DNA of 64,000 nucleotides, taken from contig CACDFH010000003.1 of assembly GCA_902552015.1 (NCBI GenBank), forward strand, positions 3,269-67,268, read 5' to 3'. Below the pieces are notes generated by a model, which was given only the letters and a program-made list of their open reading frames with translations, was not told where the DNA came from and ran no database searches. The position numbers were made by a program, and so were the translations under genes. Source of the DNA: an uncultured marine group I thaumarchaeote. GTDB lineage: Archaea; Thermoproteota; Nitrososphaeria; Nitrososphaerales; Nitrosopumilaceae. Below, one piece after another: positions 17,872-27,830 of this stretch; position 1 is the first letter of the stretch; every line of letters starts with the position of its first letter.

Positions 17872-19629
17872 CTATTCTTGATTTTCTGTCTTTTTTTGGA
17901 CTTTGTATAATGCGATGACTTCCTCATCTGTTGAGGCATCTTCTGAATTTTTCTCAGTTCTGATTTTTCCTGTAAATTTCGGGAATCGTAATGCTAATCC
18001 TGTACCTTCTTTAATTTTACCCAATGCCGTTTTATGAATTGGGCTTTGAGTAATTTCTGATGCAACTATTTCTATAACTAATTCTGGCTCAAACCACACG
18101 TCTGCTTCCATTTCACTAACTATTCTTGGATTTTTTTTCAGAGTGACTTTAGGTGAAAGAATTTGGTATAGCTGATCTAAACTTTCATCTGTGAATCCTG
18201 TTCCAACTTTACAAATGCTTGGAAAGATATCTTCTTCGTCATTGTATGTAGATAGTAACAGCGTTCCATACTTGCCAGTTCGTCTACCTTTGCCAAAAAA
18301 TGCGCCCACAACTACCAAATCAAGACTGTCTCCTAATTCATTTTGATATTCTCTTTTCAGCTTCAGCCAGTTACTTCCTCTTATTCCTGCTCTATACGTT
18401 GAATCCAGATGTTTCAGCATCAATCCTTCACATCCTGAATTTATTGAATTTTCTAAAACTTCTAACACTTGTTCTTCGCTTTCTATAACTGACATTGGAA
18501 TCAGTCTGGCAAAATCATCTTGTTTGATAATTTTTTCCAATAACTCTCTTCTTTCTTCATATCTTATATCCATGCAATTTTTTCCATCAGAAAATAGCAC
18601 ATCAAAGAAATTAACTGTAATTGGATATTTTGTTACAGCTTCTTCAATTTCATATTTTCTTCTTCTATGCATTAATTCTTGAAATGGCAGAAAATCTCCT
18701 GAATTTGAATTCATGGCAACTACTTCTGCTTCTAAAATCACATCATCTGAAATAATTAATTTTGAAATTTTTTCAACAATGTCTGGATAATAAGATGTTA
18801 TTATTTCTAAACTTCTTGAAAAAATTTCTATCTTATCTTTTTGTTTGTGAATTTGCGCTCTTTCTCCATCTAACTTGTACTCTGCTGCAAACTTTTCTTG
18901 AAATTTTTCAACCGTTTCTTCTCCACTCTTTATTCTATCTGCTAACATTGGCCTAATTGGACTAAATAATTTAATTTGAAACTTTTCAATTTCACTAATG
19001 CCTCCTGTTGAAATTACTTCTGCAACTTTTCCTAAATCGCTTGAAACGTTATACGCATTTTCTATAATTTCTCGATTTTCTTTTTTACCTGTAAATGCAA
19101 TTGCTAGTGCATCCATGACTGTGTTTTCTGCAATACCTAGGCGTAGTGTTCCTAGTAAAATCTTCAAGATGAATTTTGATTCTTGAGGGGTTGCATCATT
19201 TAACATACTTGAAACATACTTCATTTTCATTTCTTGCGAACCTTTTCCTTCTAATTTTGAAATTTTGAATAATGTATCGTAAACCTTCTCTAAGGTAATT
19301 ACTTCAGACGCAAATGTTGTTTGAATTTTTTGCTGCAAAATATTCTCTGCAGTTTGTCCTAAATCTCCGCCTTTGTTGTAATCGTCTTCAATTTTTTTTA
19401 ATGGTATTCCTGATGATTTTGACATTGCTCTCATCACAAGTTTCTCTGCAATACCGAGCTCAACTCCTTCAAAGTTTGGTCGTAATTTTCCTTGTATCAG
19501 ATAGATTGCTTTTGCAATCACATCTTCTGGAATTTCTTGTATTAATTTGACAAGAATGTCTGTTAGCTCTAGCCTTTTGCTTGTTGCTTCCATCTGTTGG
19601 AATGCATCTGAAATAATTGAAAATTTCAT
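17872..19629 (-). CDS. lig: ATP-dependent DNA ligase
   Basis: EYKLDGERAQ, EGLMLK, WLKLKREY, ALRFPKF. Confidence 0.96.
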   Translation of the reverse strand: MKFSIISDAFQQMEATSKRLELTDILVKLIQEIPEDVIAKAIYLIQGKLRPNFEGVELGIAEKLVMRAMSKSSGIPLKKIEDDYNKGGDLGQTAENILQQKIQTTFASEVITLEKVYDTLFKISKLEGKGSQEMKMKYVSSMLNDATPQESKFILKILLGTLRLGIAENTVMDALAIAFTGKKENREIIENAYNVSSDLGKVAEVISTGGISEIEKFQIKLFSPIRPMLADRIKSGEETVEKFQEKFAAEYKLDGERAQIHKQKDKIEIFSRSLEIITSYYPDIVEKISKLIISDDVILEAEVVAMNSNSGDFLPFQELMHRRRKYEIEEAVTKYPITVNFFDVLFSDGKNCMDIRYEERRELLEKIIKQDDFARLIPMSVIESEEQVLEVLENSINSGCEGLMLKHLDSTYRAGIRGSNWLKLKREYQNELGDSLDLVVVGAFFGKGRRTGKYGTLLLSTYNDEEDIFPSICKVGTGFTDESLDQLYQILSPKVTLKKNPRIVSEMEADVWFEPELVIEIVASEITQSPIHKTALGKIKEGTGLALRFPKFTGKIRTEKNSEDASTDEEVIALYKVQKKTENQE

Positions 19630-19671
19630 GTATTGTTTTATTTTTGTTTGTTTATTTGATTAACTTTTGTT

Positions 19672-20106
19672 CTAGATGTATCTGAACATGACTTTTTTTC
19701 GATCCTTTTTTACGTCTGATACTAGTGCAAAATTGTTTAACGGATATGCCTCTTTGTATTGTTTCATAAAACTCCATGCCACATCGTGATTTCTAAATTC
19801 TGTTCGTAATCCTGGCAAGATTGTTTCTTTTCCATCAATATCAAAAATTACTATTGAGTAATGTTTTGGTCTGTTATGTGGTCTTGCTTTTAGAAACCAT
19901 GCAACTGCAAATGCAAATGCTGTAACTAAAATGAATCCTGCTCCTATGTCTTTGAACACTGGCCAGAAAATATCTGGAATAGTTTGTCCAAATAATTGAA
20001 CTACAATATGTGAGAATGTCAATACTGCTGCAACTGTAATTGCAATTTTTGTTACACTTTGAGATAGGAATGAAAATTGAAATTCATATTTTGAAATCAT
20101 ATACAA
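19672..20106 (-). CDS. hypothetical membrane protein (2 TM)
   Basis: Two hydrophobic segments and a soluble C-terminal domain. Confidence 0.7.
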   Translation of the reverse strand: MYMISKYEFQFSFLSQSVTKIAITVAAVLTFSHIVVQLFGQTIPDIFWPVFKDIGAGFILVTAFAFAVAWFLKARPHNRPKHYSIVIFDIDGKETILPGLRTEFRNHDVAWSFMKQYKEAYPLNNFALVSDVKKDRKKVMFRYI

Positions 20107-20156
20107 ACTACTACCACAACAATTGATTTAATCTTTGCTTAAAATATCTAAGATCT

Positions 20157-21293
20157 CTAGTCTGGATCTTCGTAATTTTCTTTTCTTTCACTAGTGTCTG
20201 ATTTTGAATCCATTGGAACCATTTTTTCTTTGAGTCCTGTCATGACATCTTTGTATCCTTCTGCATATTCTAATTCATCTGGAACAAGTGTTGCTGGATG
20301 AATGAATCCTTGACTTCTTATTGCTAATGCTTTCTTTGTTGCTTGTTCTCTTACATAATCCCAATCAGGTGTTGAGAATCCATCAAATGGACCTGTAAAC
20401 TTTCCATCATGCATGCTGAATACTAGTGATTGTACAATTGGAATACAGAAATTAATTGTTGCAGCAGAATTTAGTTTAACAGGCATTAAAGGCATGTTGT
20501 GACTTCCTCTTGTATTTCCTGCAACGTAATGTGGATTGTTGAAAACACTTCCTGCTTCTTCAGTTGCTGGGAACATTTTCTGTGTTCTTACAATACATAC
20601 TGGATCATCTTTACCAACATAAGTTCCTGCAATGTTGTGTAGTCTGTCTGTTGATGCATCCATTATTGGTTCTCCATCTTTTGTTGTGATTGATGAAATG
20701 ACGTATCTTCCTGGATACATTAAAGCAGCTTCTAAAACTGGTTTGTCTTGCCATAATGATAATTTTGCAATGCTTGCTTCTTCTACATCCATTATGTGAA
20801 AGTCAACACCTTTTGCAAGTGATTTGTTTACAATTAATCCTGTGTTACTTAATGCGTCTACAAACAATCTATACATTGGATAGTTAAAACATCCTGGTTC
20901 TGTTTTATCTGCAGCAAAAACTGTAAATGCTTCGTTAGCTCTTTCCTCAAATTCTAACTCTGCTACTCCTGGTCCCATTCCTTTTACGTTTCCTGAAAAA
21001 GAATCTTTCAACAAATCTTGACCTGCGCCATACAGTCCTTCTTTTTTTGCAACTGCGGTTCCTGCTTCAAATGCATCCCATGCTAACTTGTGAATTTTTT
21101 CATTGTCTACTCCGTGTGTGTGGCTCATGACAATGTGTACATCATCTCCACAATATCCGATATAATGATCAATCAATAGATCTGCTGAAGCGTTTACAGT
21201 ATCTCTAACTGCTTGAATCAAATTGTCACTAGGTCTTGTATGTCCTCCAATACCTCCGACATCTGCTTTGATTACCGATACTGTAATTTTCAT
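20157..21293 (-). CDS. fbp: fructose-1,6-bisphosphate aldolase/phosphatase (class V)
   Basis: SVIKADVG, GLYGAGQDLLKDSFSGNVKGMGPG, YVGKDDP. Confidence 0.96.
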   Translation of the reverse strand: MKITVSVIKADVGGIGGHTRPSDNLIQAVRDTVNASADLLIDHYIGYCGDDVHIVMSHTHGVDNEKIHKLAWDAFEAGTAVAKKEGLYGAGQDLLKDSFSGNVKGMGPGVAELEFEERANEAFTVFAADKTEPGCFNYPMYRLFVDALSNTGLIVNKSLAKGVDFHIMDVEEASIAKLSLWQDKPVLEAALMYPGRYVISSITTKDGEPIMDASTDRLHNIAGTYVGKDDPVCIVRTQKMFPATEEAGSVFNNPHYVAGNTRGSHNMPLMPVKLNSAATINFCIPIVQSLVFSMHDGKFTGPFDGFSTPDWDYVREQATKKALAIRSQGFIHPATLVPDELEYAEGYKDVMTGLKEKMVPMDSKSDTSERKENYEDPD

Positions 21294-21430
21294 ACTAACG
21301 ATTTTTTCTTCTTTGATTTATAGTATATGCTAAGACTGCAAATTTATCGTGATCTAAAAATTTCAAAAAAACACAGAAAAAAATGCAAAAAATCAAAATG
21401 ATTATAAAGCGGACTAGATACGAATTTTCT

Positions 21431-22729
21431 ATGGCAGACAAACCACACCTGAACATGATTATCACAGGACACATTGATAATGGTAAATCCACAACAATGG
21501 GTCACTTTTTGATGGATCTTGGTGTAGTTGACCAAAGAACAATTGATGCTCATGCTGCTGAATCTGAGAAAACTGGAAAGGGTGATACTTTCAAGTACGC
21601 TTGGGTTATGGATAACATCAAAGACGAAAGAGAAAGAGGTATCACTATTGACCTTGCTTTCCAAAAATTCGAAACCCCAAAATTCAATTATACATTAATC
21701 GATGCTCCTGGACACAGAGACTTTATCAAAAACATGATTACTGGTGCTTCAGAAGCAGACTGTGCAGTCCTTGTACTTTCTGCAAAACCTGGTGAAACAG
21801 ACACTGCAATCGCACCTGGTGGACAAGCACGTGAACACGCATTCTTACTAAAAACTCTCGGAGTTGGTCAAATCATTGTTGCAGTAAACAAAATGGATGA
21901 CAGTAACTTTGCTGAAGATGCTTACAATGCAGCAGTAGAGAAAGGTAAAGGATTAATCAAATCATGTGGTTACAAACCAGATGAAGTACCATTCATCCCA
22001 GTATCTGGATGGAAAGGTGATAATTTAGTTAAAAAATCTGAGAACATGGGCTGGTATTCCGGTAAAACTCTCTTAGAAGCATTTGATGATTTCAAAGCAC
22101 CTGAAAAACCAACAGGTAAACCACTAAGACTTCCAATTCAAGATGTTTATTCAATCACTGGTGTAGGAACCGTTCCAGTAGGACGTGTTGAGACTGGTGA
22201 AATGAAACCAGGACAAAAAATTGTTGTAATGCCATCAGGCGCACAAGGTGAGATTAAATCTATTGAATCCCATCATGCAGAACAACCAAGTGCTGAAGCA
22301 GGCGATAACATTGGTTTCAACTTGAGAGGAATTGAAAAGAAAGACATCAAACGTGGAGATGTATTAGGAACTCCTGACGCACCACCAGCAGTCGCAAAAG
22401 AATTCAAAGCACAAATTATCGTTATTCATCATCCAACTGCAATCGCACCAGGTTACACACCTGTAATGCATGCTCACACCGCACAAGTTGCAGCAACAAT
22501 CACCGAGTTCCTAGGAAAAATTAATCCACAGACTGGTGCAATGGATGAAGAAAATCCAAAATTCCTAAAAGTTGGAGATTCTGCAATTGTTAAGATTAGA
22601 CCTGTAAGACCAACACCAATTGAAACTTTCCAAGAATTCCCAGAAATGGGTAGATTTGCATTAAGAGACATGGGTGCAACAATTGCAGCCGGTGTTGTAA
22701 AAGAAATTACAGAAGCACACACACCTTAG
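21431..22729 (+). CDS. tuf: translation elongation factor 1-alpha
   Basis: GHIDNGKST, DAPGHRDFIKNMITG, NKMD, GRFALRDMG; start at MADK. Confidence 0.97.
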   Translation: MADKPHLNMIITGHIDNGKSTTMGHFLMDLGVVDQRTIDAHAAESEKTGKGDTFKYAWVMDNIKDERERGITIDLAFQKFETPKFNYTLIDAPGHRDFIKNMITGASEADCAVLVLSAKPGETDTAIAPGGQAREHAFLLKTLGVGQIIVAVNKMDDSNFAEDAYNAAVEKGKGLIKSCGYKPDEVPFIPVSGWKGDNLVKKSENMGWYSGKTLLEAFDDFKAPEKPTGKPLRLPIQDVYSITGVGTVPVGRVETGEMKPGQKIVVMPSGAQGEIKSIESHHAEQPSAEAGDNIGFNLRGIEKKDIKRGDVLGTPDAPPAVAKEFKAQIIVIHHPTAIAPGYTPVMHAHTAQVAATITEFLGKINPQTGAMDEENPKFLKVGDSAIVKIRPVRPTPIETFQEFPEMGRFALRDMGATIAAGVVKEITEAHTP

Positions 22730-22742
22730 AGAACGAGTCATT

Positions 22743-23051
22743 ATGGCTCAAAATGCTCGCATTAAATTAACCAGCACAAGTCTTTTGAAGCTTGGTGGTG
22801 TCTGTGATGAAATTATGGGCATTGGTAAAAAAACTGGTGTTAAAGTAAAAGGCCCAACTCCACTTCCTGTTAAACGTCTTAATGTTGTCACTCGCAAATC
22901 CCCATGTGGAAGCGGAACTGAAACATATGAAAAATGGGAAATGCGTATGCACAGACGAATTATTGATCTAAATGCTGACGACAAAGCAATCAGACAGTTA
23001 ATGCGCCTAAAGATTCCTGATGACGTCTACATTGAGTTATCTCTAAAATAA
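22743..23051 (+). CDS. rps10: 30S ribosomal protein uS10
   Basis: GPTPLP, RKSPCGSG, MRMHRRIID; follows EF-1a. Confidence 0.96.
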   Translation: MAQNARIKLTSTSLLKLGGVCDEIMGIGKKTGVKVKGPTPLPVKRLNVVTRKSPCGSGTETYEKWEMRMHRRIIDLNADDKAIRQLMRLKIPDDVYIELSLK

Positions 23052-23087
23052 CTTAGCCTTTTATTATGGAGTCTGTGATTAGCAACT

Positions 23088-23276
23088 ATGTCTGAAGAGA
23101 ATTTTGAAGAATCATTTTCTCAAGAAAAATTTGATGTATTTTACAAATGCATGAGATGTGGTCATGAAACCGCATTGGAAGAATTAGTAAGACTTCCTGA
23201 AATCAAATGCATCTGTGGTTTTAGAGTATTTACCAAGAAAAGACCTGGTTTGGTAAAAAACGTAAACGCTATCTAG
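23088..23276 (+). CDS. rpo12: RNA polymerase subunit Rpo12 (RpoP)
   Basis: YKCMRCG...IKCICGFRVFTKKRP. Confidence 0.88.
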   Translation: MSEENFEESFSQEKFDVFYKCMRCGHETALEELVRLPEIKCICGFRVFTKKRPGLVKNVNAI

Positions 23277-23473
23277 ATTCTATCCTTTTTGTAACTGTGC
23301 TTTCTTTGTAAATGAGTTCTCATATCTTCCATATTGGAAAAATTCTCTCCACATTCTTTACAATCGTACGGTAAATCTTTGAAATGTGTAATCTGAAGAT
23401 GTTGCATTAATTCTTCTTGACTCTTAAATTTTAGATCACATTTGTCACATGGGATTCTTGCAAAAAGTTTCAT
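23273..23473 (-). CDS. two-finger C2H2 zinc-finger protein
   Basis: CDKCDLKF..L..H...H and PYDCKECGENF..M..H...H. Confidence 0.88.
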   Translation of the reverse strand: MKLFARIPCDKCDLKFKSQEELMQHLQITHFKDLPYDCKECGENFSNMEDMRTHLQRKHSYKKDRI

Positions 23474-23474
23474 T

Positions 23475-23885
23475 TCAACTGTTTTTTGCTTTTTGTTCGT
23501 CCCAGCATCTTCTGCATAGCTGACCTTTAATTTTCCATTCTGGTTTTGGGTTATATCTGATAAATCCCATTTTTTTATTACATATTACGCAAAATTCTTT
23601 TTTTGTTTTAAAATCGCCTTCCTTTTTATCAAAACAATCTTTACAAAGTAATCCTTTCATGTCCCATTGCCATCTAGGCTCCCACAAATCTGTAATCTTT
23701 CTTTGGGTTCCGCATGTGACACATTTTGCTTTGATGTTTGAATCATAAGATTCCTTCATCTTGTCCATGTAACAATCTCCACAAAGCGGTGATTCTACAT
23801 ACCATTCTTTTTTTGCCTTATGCTTGTGTTTTGTTTCCTTATTACAAACGGTGCAAATTGCTGGTTTTTTATTAAACAATCCCAT
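23475..23885 (-). CDS. three-repeat Cys4 zinc-binding protein
   Basis: 3x CxxC-(~18)-W...LCxxC repeats. Confidence 0.8.
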   Translation of the reverse strand: MGLFNKKPAICTVCNKETKHKHKAKKEWYVESPLCGDCYMDKMKESYDSNIKAKCVTCGTQRKITDLWEPRWQWDMKGLLCKDCFDKKEGDFKTKKEFCVICNKKMGFIRYNPKPEWKIKGQLCRRCWDEQKAKNS

Positions 23886-23944
23886 ACTAAATGGTAAAAT
23901 GGAGATCTAATTAAATTATAAAATTAGAAAAAGAATTTTTTGAT

Positions 23945-24070
23945 TTAGAGTTCTGATAGTAGTTTCTCTAAACCTTGACTAGAATTTAGCATGCCTTTTT
24001 TCTTGGCAATTTCTTCGATCTTTTTGTATTGCTCATTAGTAAAGCATACTGGCATTGAACGTTTTTCCAT
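23945..24070 (-). CDS. putative 41-aa ribbon-helix-helix (CopG-like) protein MEKRSMPVCFTNEQYKKIEEIAKKKGMLNSSQGLEKLLSEL
   Basis: Hand-translated; beta-strand-helix-G-x-x-x-S-helix pattern. Confidence 0.7.
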   Translation of the reverse strand: MEKRSMPVCFTNEQYKKIEEIAKKKGMLNSSQGLEKLLSEL

Positions 24071-24148
24071 ACTCAAACTGATTTTTCTTTTTGTTTTAAA
24101 CCTTACCTTCTTTTTTCAATTATATTATGTACGTGTGATCCTATTGGT

Positions 24149-24658
24149 ATGGCAAAAATGCGTCAGATCTTGGTAATTGGAAATAATGACAATGGCTGCA
24201 CTCCTGAGCTTGAAAAAATTGCATATGATGCAGGAAAAGAAATTGCAGCATCTAATTCTGTATTGATTACTGGAGGTTTAGGTGGTGTCATGAAGGCTGC
24301 ATCTCATGGAGCAAAAGATGGCGGCGGTTTAACAATTGGAATTATTCCTCAAGATGATTCTTCTCTTGCAAATGAATTTTGTGATATAGTAATTCCTTCT
24401 GGTATGGGATTATCTAGAGACTTTCTAAATGCATTATCTGCAGATGGTGTAATAGTTGTAGGTGGAGGCTCTGGAACCTTATCTGAAATATGTGCTGCAT
24501 ATATGTACAAAAAACCAATTGCAACTCTCAAAAACTCCGGTGGCATGGCCACAAAATATTCTGATCAATTTTTAGATCACAGAGAAAATGTGAAAATTGT
24601 TGGATTTGATTCTCCAAAAGAAGCCGTTGATTATATTTTAGAACAGATTAACTCATAG
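24149..24658 (+). CDS. LOG/SLOG family protein (TIGR00725-like)
   Basis: TGGLGGVMKAA, GIIP, GGGSGTLSE. Confidence 0.85.
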   Translation: MAKMRQILVIGNNDNGCTPELEKIAYDAGKEIAASNSVLITGGLGGVMKAASHGAKDGGGLTIGIIPQDDSSLANEFCDIVIPSGMGLSRDFLNALSADGVIVVGGGSGTLSEICAAYMYKKPIATLKNSGGMATKYSDQFLDHRENVKIVGFDSPKEAVDYILEQINS

Positions 24659-25787
24659 ATTCTAGCAGTGGGTCTGGTTTGTAAAACTCACCATGTTCTT
24701 CTGCTAATTTGTTTAATTCATCTACAATATTTTTAATTCCAATTTCTTTTGCTGTTTCAAATAGTGGTTTTCTTAAACCCAGTCCGAGCTTGCATGCTTT
24801 TTCAATCTCTTCAATATCACTTGCACCGTTTGTAATTAACCATGCAGCATTATTCAGTATATTTGCAACAAGTTGAATAGGATTGCATTTTTCTGCTAAT
24901 TCCTCAGATAGTTCAACTCTTTCGTATTTATCATCTGAATATTTGTAATAACCTTCTCCGGATTTTTGACCCAACTTTTTCTCATCAAACATTTTTTCAA
25001 CTGTACTGTGTGGGTTGATTACTTTTTTATCTCGTAGATGCATTTCGACAGTTGCTTTGTGAATTACATCCATTCCTGTAAAATCAGCTAATTCAAAAAT
25101 GCCCATAGGGAATCCAAGCTTGAATTTGACTGCAGAATCTATCTCTTCTAATGTTGCACCTGTTCTATCTTGTAGATAACATGCTTCGTGAACCATTGGA
25201 ATGAATAATCTGTTTATGATAAATCCTGGAACGTCTTTTCTACATAACACTGCTTGTTTATTCACTGATTTTACAAACTCTTGAGTCATTTCAGTAATCT
25301 CATCGGAAGTTTTTTCTCCTGGAATTACCTCAACAAGTTTCATTAATTGTGGTGGATTGAAAAAATGAATTCCTATAAATTTCTCTGGACGTGATGTCGT
25401 ATTTGCTATTTCTGTAATTGGTAATGTGCTGGTATTTGATGCAAAGACTACTTCTGGTTTTGCAGCCTTGTCTAATTCTGCATAAACTTGTTTTTTGAGA
25501 TCCATTATTTCTGGAACTACCTCGATTACTAACTCTGCATCTTTTACTGCGTCATTCAAATCTACAATAGGTGTAATTCTTGAATAAATTGCATCTCCTT
25601 CTTCTTTTGAAATTTTCTCTTTTGTGACTAGTTTGTCTAAACTCCATTTTATTTTCTCCATGGCTTTGTCAAGAAATTCTTGTTTGATGTCACGTAGTAC
25701 AACATTATATCCTGCAGTAGCAGAGACTTGGGCAATTCCATGTCCCATAACTCCTGAACCTAAAACTGTGATATTTTTTACTGACAC
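24648..25787 (-). CDS. (S)-3-hydroxybutyryl-CoA/3-hydroxyacyl-CoA dehydrogenase (3HP/4HB cycle)
   Basis: GSGVMGHGIAQ, ASNTSTL, GIHFFNP, GFIINR, duplicated C-terminal domain; GTG start at 25787. Confidence 0.9.
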   Translation of the reverse strand: MSVKNITVLGSGVMGHGIAQVSATAGYNVVLRDIKQEFLDKAMEKIKWSLDKLVTKEKISKEEGDAIYSRITPIVDLNDAVKDAELVIEVVPEIMDLKKQVYAELDKAAKPEVVFASNTSTLPITEIANTTSRPEKFIGIHFFNPPQLMKLVEVIPGEKTSDEITEMTQEFVKSVNKQAVLCRKDVPGFIINRLFIPMVHEACYLQDRTGATLEEIDSAVKFKLGFPMGIFELADFTGMDVIHKATVEMHLRDKKVINPHSTVEKMFDEKKLGQKSGEGYYKYSDDKYERVELSEELAEKCNPIQLVANILNNAAWLITNGASDIEEIEKACKLGLGLRKPLFETAKEIGIKNIVDELNKLAEEHGEFYKPDPLLESMS

Positions 25788-25835
25788 GAACCACCTTTGA
25801 AAAACCATTATATCAATCCTAGTTTGAAATACTAC

Positions 25836-26018
25836 ATGGGATTATTTGGTAAAAAGAAAGAAGATAAGAAAAATAATACCAAATGTAAGGAATGTGGTTT
25901 AGAATTACATCAACCTGAAAGACTAGAACGCCACATGAAAAAAGCACATGGAAACGTCCCTGAGAAGAAACCAGAATTTAGCACCAAGGGTGGTGTTGAA
26001 CAAGGTGGTATGTGGTAA
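25836..26018 (+). CDS. single C2H2 zinc-finger protein
   Basis: MGLFGKK..., CKECG...L.RH...AH. Confidence 0.8.
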   Translation: MGLFGKKKEDKKNNTKCKECGLELHQPERLERHMKKAHGNVPEKKPEFSTKGGVEQGGMW

Positions 26019-26335
26019 AATTATTAATGCAAAATTTTTATGATTATACATTGGAGTTATCTGACGGTCAAAAATATGCAATAGTGTTTTTGGGTTCCTT
26101 GGCAGTTGCAGGTATTGTCCTAGGTACGCTAGTTTTCCCATTTTGGAACTTTATTCGTGAAGATATTACTGAAGAAGTTGAAATATTCAGTTCGGCAGAT
26201 GGTAATTGCTATGTTGATACCCTGGATGGCATTCCAAAAACAATTGAGAACTGTAATCTTGAAAAGGGAACTACTGTTACTATTACATATGGACATGGAT
26301 TGCCTTGGGCAAAAATTGTAACGCCTGGAGAATGA
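26012..26335 (+). CDS. hypothetical membrane-anchored protein
   Basis: One TM helix, then a beta-rich domain with two Cys; start uncertain. Confidence 0.65.
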   Translation: MVKLLMQNFYDYTLELSDGQKYAIVFLGSLAVAGIVLGTLVFPFWNFIREDITEEVEIFSSADGNCYVDTLDGIPKTIENCNLEKGTTVTITYGHGLPWAKIVTPGE

Positions 26336-26336
26336 A

Positions 26337-26747
26337 ATGGATTGCATTTTCTGTAAAATAGTATCAAAAGAAATTCCAACAAAAATTCTGTATGAGGATG
26401 AATACACAATTGCTTTCCTTGATGCATTTCCCGTTGCAAAAGGACATACGTTGGTAATTCCAAAACAACATTATGCAAAAATTCAGGATTTACCATCTGA
26501 AATAAATGAAAAATTGTTTAACACTGTGCATAAACTGATTCCTAAAGTTGATTCACTTCAAGGCTCAACTCTTGTGGCAATCCATAATGGAAAGGACAGT
26601 GGTCAGGAAATACCTCATGTTCATGTTCATTTGATACCTAGAAGCAAAAATGATTCTGCAGGCCCTGTACATTCTATGTTTAAAGATAAAATCGAATTAT
26701 CTGATTCTGAGACTGATTCTTTGTATGACCAGTTAAAGATTGTCTAA
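26337..26747 (+). CDS. hit: HIT family hydrolase
   Basis: DCIFCKI, GHTLVIPK, HVHVHLIPR. Confidence 0.93.
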   Translation: MDCIFCKIVSKEIPTKILYEDEYTIAFLDAFPVAKGHTLVIPKQHYAKIQDLPSEINEKLFNTVHKLIPKVDSLQGSTLVAIHNGKDSGQEIPHVHVHLIPRSKNDSAGPVHSMFKDKIELSDSETDSLYDQLKIV

Positions 26748-27436
26748 TATGGATAAACTCTTCTATTCTCGTCTAGATTGTCCACGATTATTGCTTTTGT
26801 AGGACAAGTTTCTGCAGCATTTATGATTTTTTGATTCTTTGCACCTTTTTTATTATACACTCTAGATTTTGGATTTGATTTTGTATTTTTATCGATTGTA
26901 AACACTTCTGGCGCAATCATTTCACAACTGCAGCATCCAATACACAGACTTTGATCAACGTCAACTTTTAATTCAAATTCCTTTCGTTTCTTTGTAAATC
27001 CTCTGTCTTCTGGTTGTTTTTCTGTCTGTTCATTAACTGTCTTTTCATATTTTTCCCAGAATTCACTTTCATATCTCTTCCACCATTCTTCATTGGCTTC
27101 AAAATCTTTTGTAAATTTTCCCCAGTCTGCTTCTGGCGTTTTTCCTTCTCCATCTTTTCCCCATTTTGTTCTCTTGTAGAATTTTCTGCTTGTTTGAGTA
27201 TAGTCTGACTCTTCTGCAGTTGTTTCTCTAGGTTTTTGTTTTGAAGAATGTTTATTCTGATTTTTTAAAAAATGATATGCTTCTGTAACTGTTTTGAATT
27301 TTTTTTCACTTTCTGAATTTTTGTTCTTATCTGGATGATGTTGAAGTGCCAATTTTCTATATGCATATTTGACTTCTTCAAAATCTGAATTGTTACTAAT
27401 CTCCAAAGCTTTGTAGGCCTGGCTTGAATTCATCAT
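26744..27436 (-). CDS. DnaJ-ferredoxin fusion (DnaJ-Fer)
   Basis: J-domain with HPD; C-terminal CIGCCSC...CP ferredoxin. Confidence 0.9.
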   Translation of the reverse strand: MMNSSQAYKALEISNNSDFEEVKYAYRKLALQHHPDKNKNSESEKKFKTVTEAYHFLKNQNKHSSKQKPRETTAEESDYTQTSRKFYKRTKWGKDGEGKTPEADWGKFTKDFEANEEWWKRYESEFWEKYEKTVNEQTEKQPEDRGFTKKRKEFELKVDVDQSLCIGCCSCEMIAPEVFTIDKNTKSNPKSRVYNKKGAKNQKIINAAETCPTKAIIVDNLDENRRVYPY

Positions 27437-27469
27437 TTTACATTATCCTCAATATGTTAAAAACATGCT

Positions 27470-27829
27470 CTATTCTGTGATTTCATCTTCTTGTTTCCAT
27501 GCTGGATCTACTATGCATAATACAATTAGATCATTTTCCCCATTGTTTTCTATAAATTGTCTAGACATTGGTGGCACAAAGATTGTTTCATTTTTCTTAA
27601 CTGTTTTTTGTTCTTCTTCAATATGCATAATGCCACTTCCTTGTAAAATATAGTAGATTTCACTTGTCTTCATTTTATGTGGCTTTGAATTACTGCCAGG
27701 TTTTATTGTACAGTGTGCAAGGCTATATCGAATTGCATTGTCTGTATCATTTGGAGAAAAAATTTGTCTAATTTGTGTCCCTTCATTTCCTGAAAATGCA
27801 TCTAAATTCTCAATTTCTTTAGTATTCAT
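27470..27829 (-). CDS. cupin domain protein
   Basis: PHKMKTSEIYYILQGSG, FVPP..QFIENNG. Confidence 0.85.
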   Translation of the reverse strand: MNTKEIENLDAFSGNEGTQIRQIFSPNDTDNAIRYSLAHCTIKPGSNSKPHKMKTSEIYYILQGSGIMHIEEEQKTVKKNETIFVPPMSRQFIENNGENDLIVLCIVDPAWKQEDEITE

Positions 27830-27830
27830 T

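Noticed and set aside
17817-17939. Long N-terminal extension of the DUF47 protein (and similarly of EndA to 17214)
   Set aside because: It overlaps the upstream gene's 3' end; downstream starts fit the family length
21383-21430. N-terminal extension of EF-1a given in the ORF track
   Set aside because: The region contains the TATA box (TTATAAA); the conserved protein starts at MADK (21431)
24149-24658. SLOG protein as an anti-phage (Thoeris-like) component
   Set aside because: Stand-alone TIGR00725-like protein among housekeeping genes, with no SIR2/TIR partner
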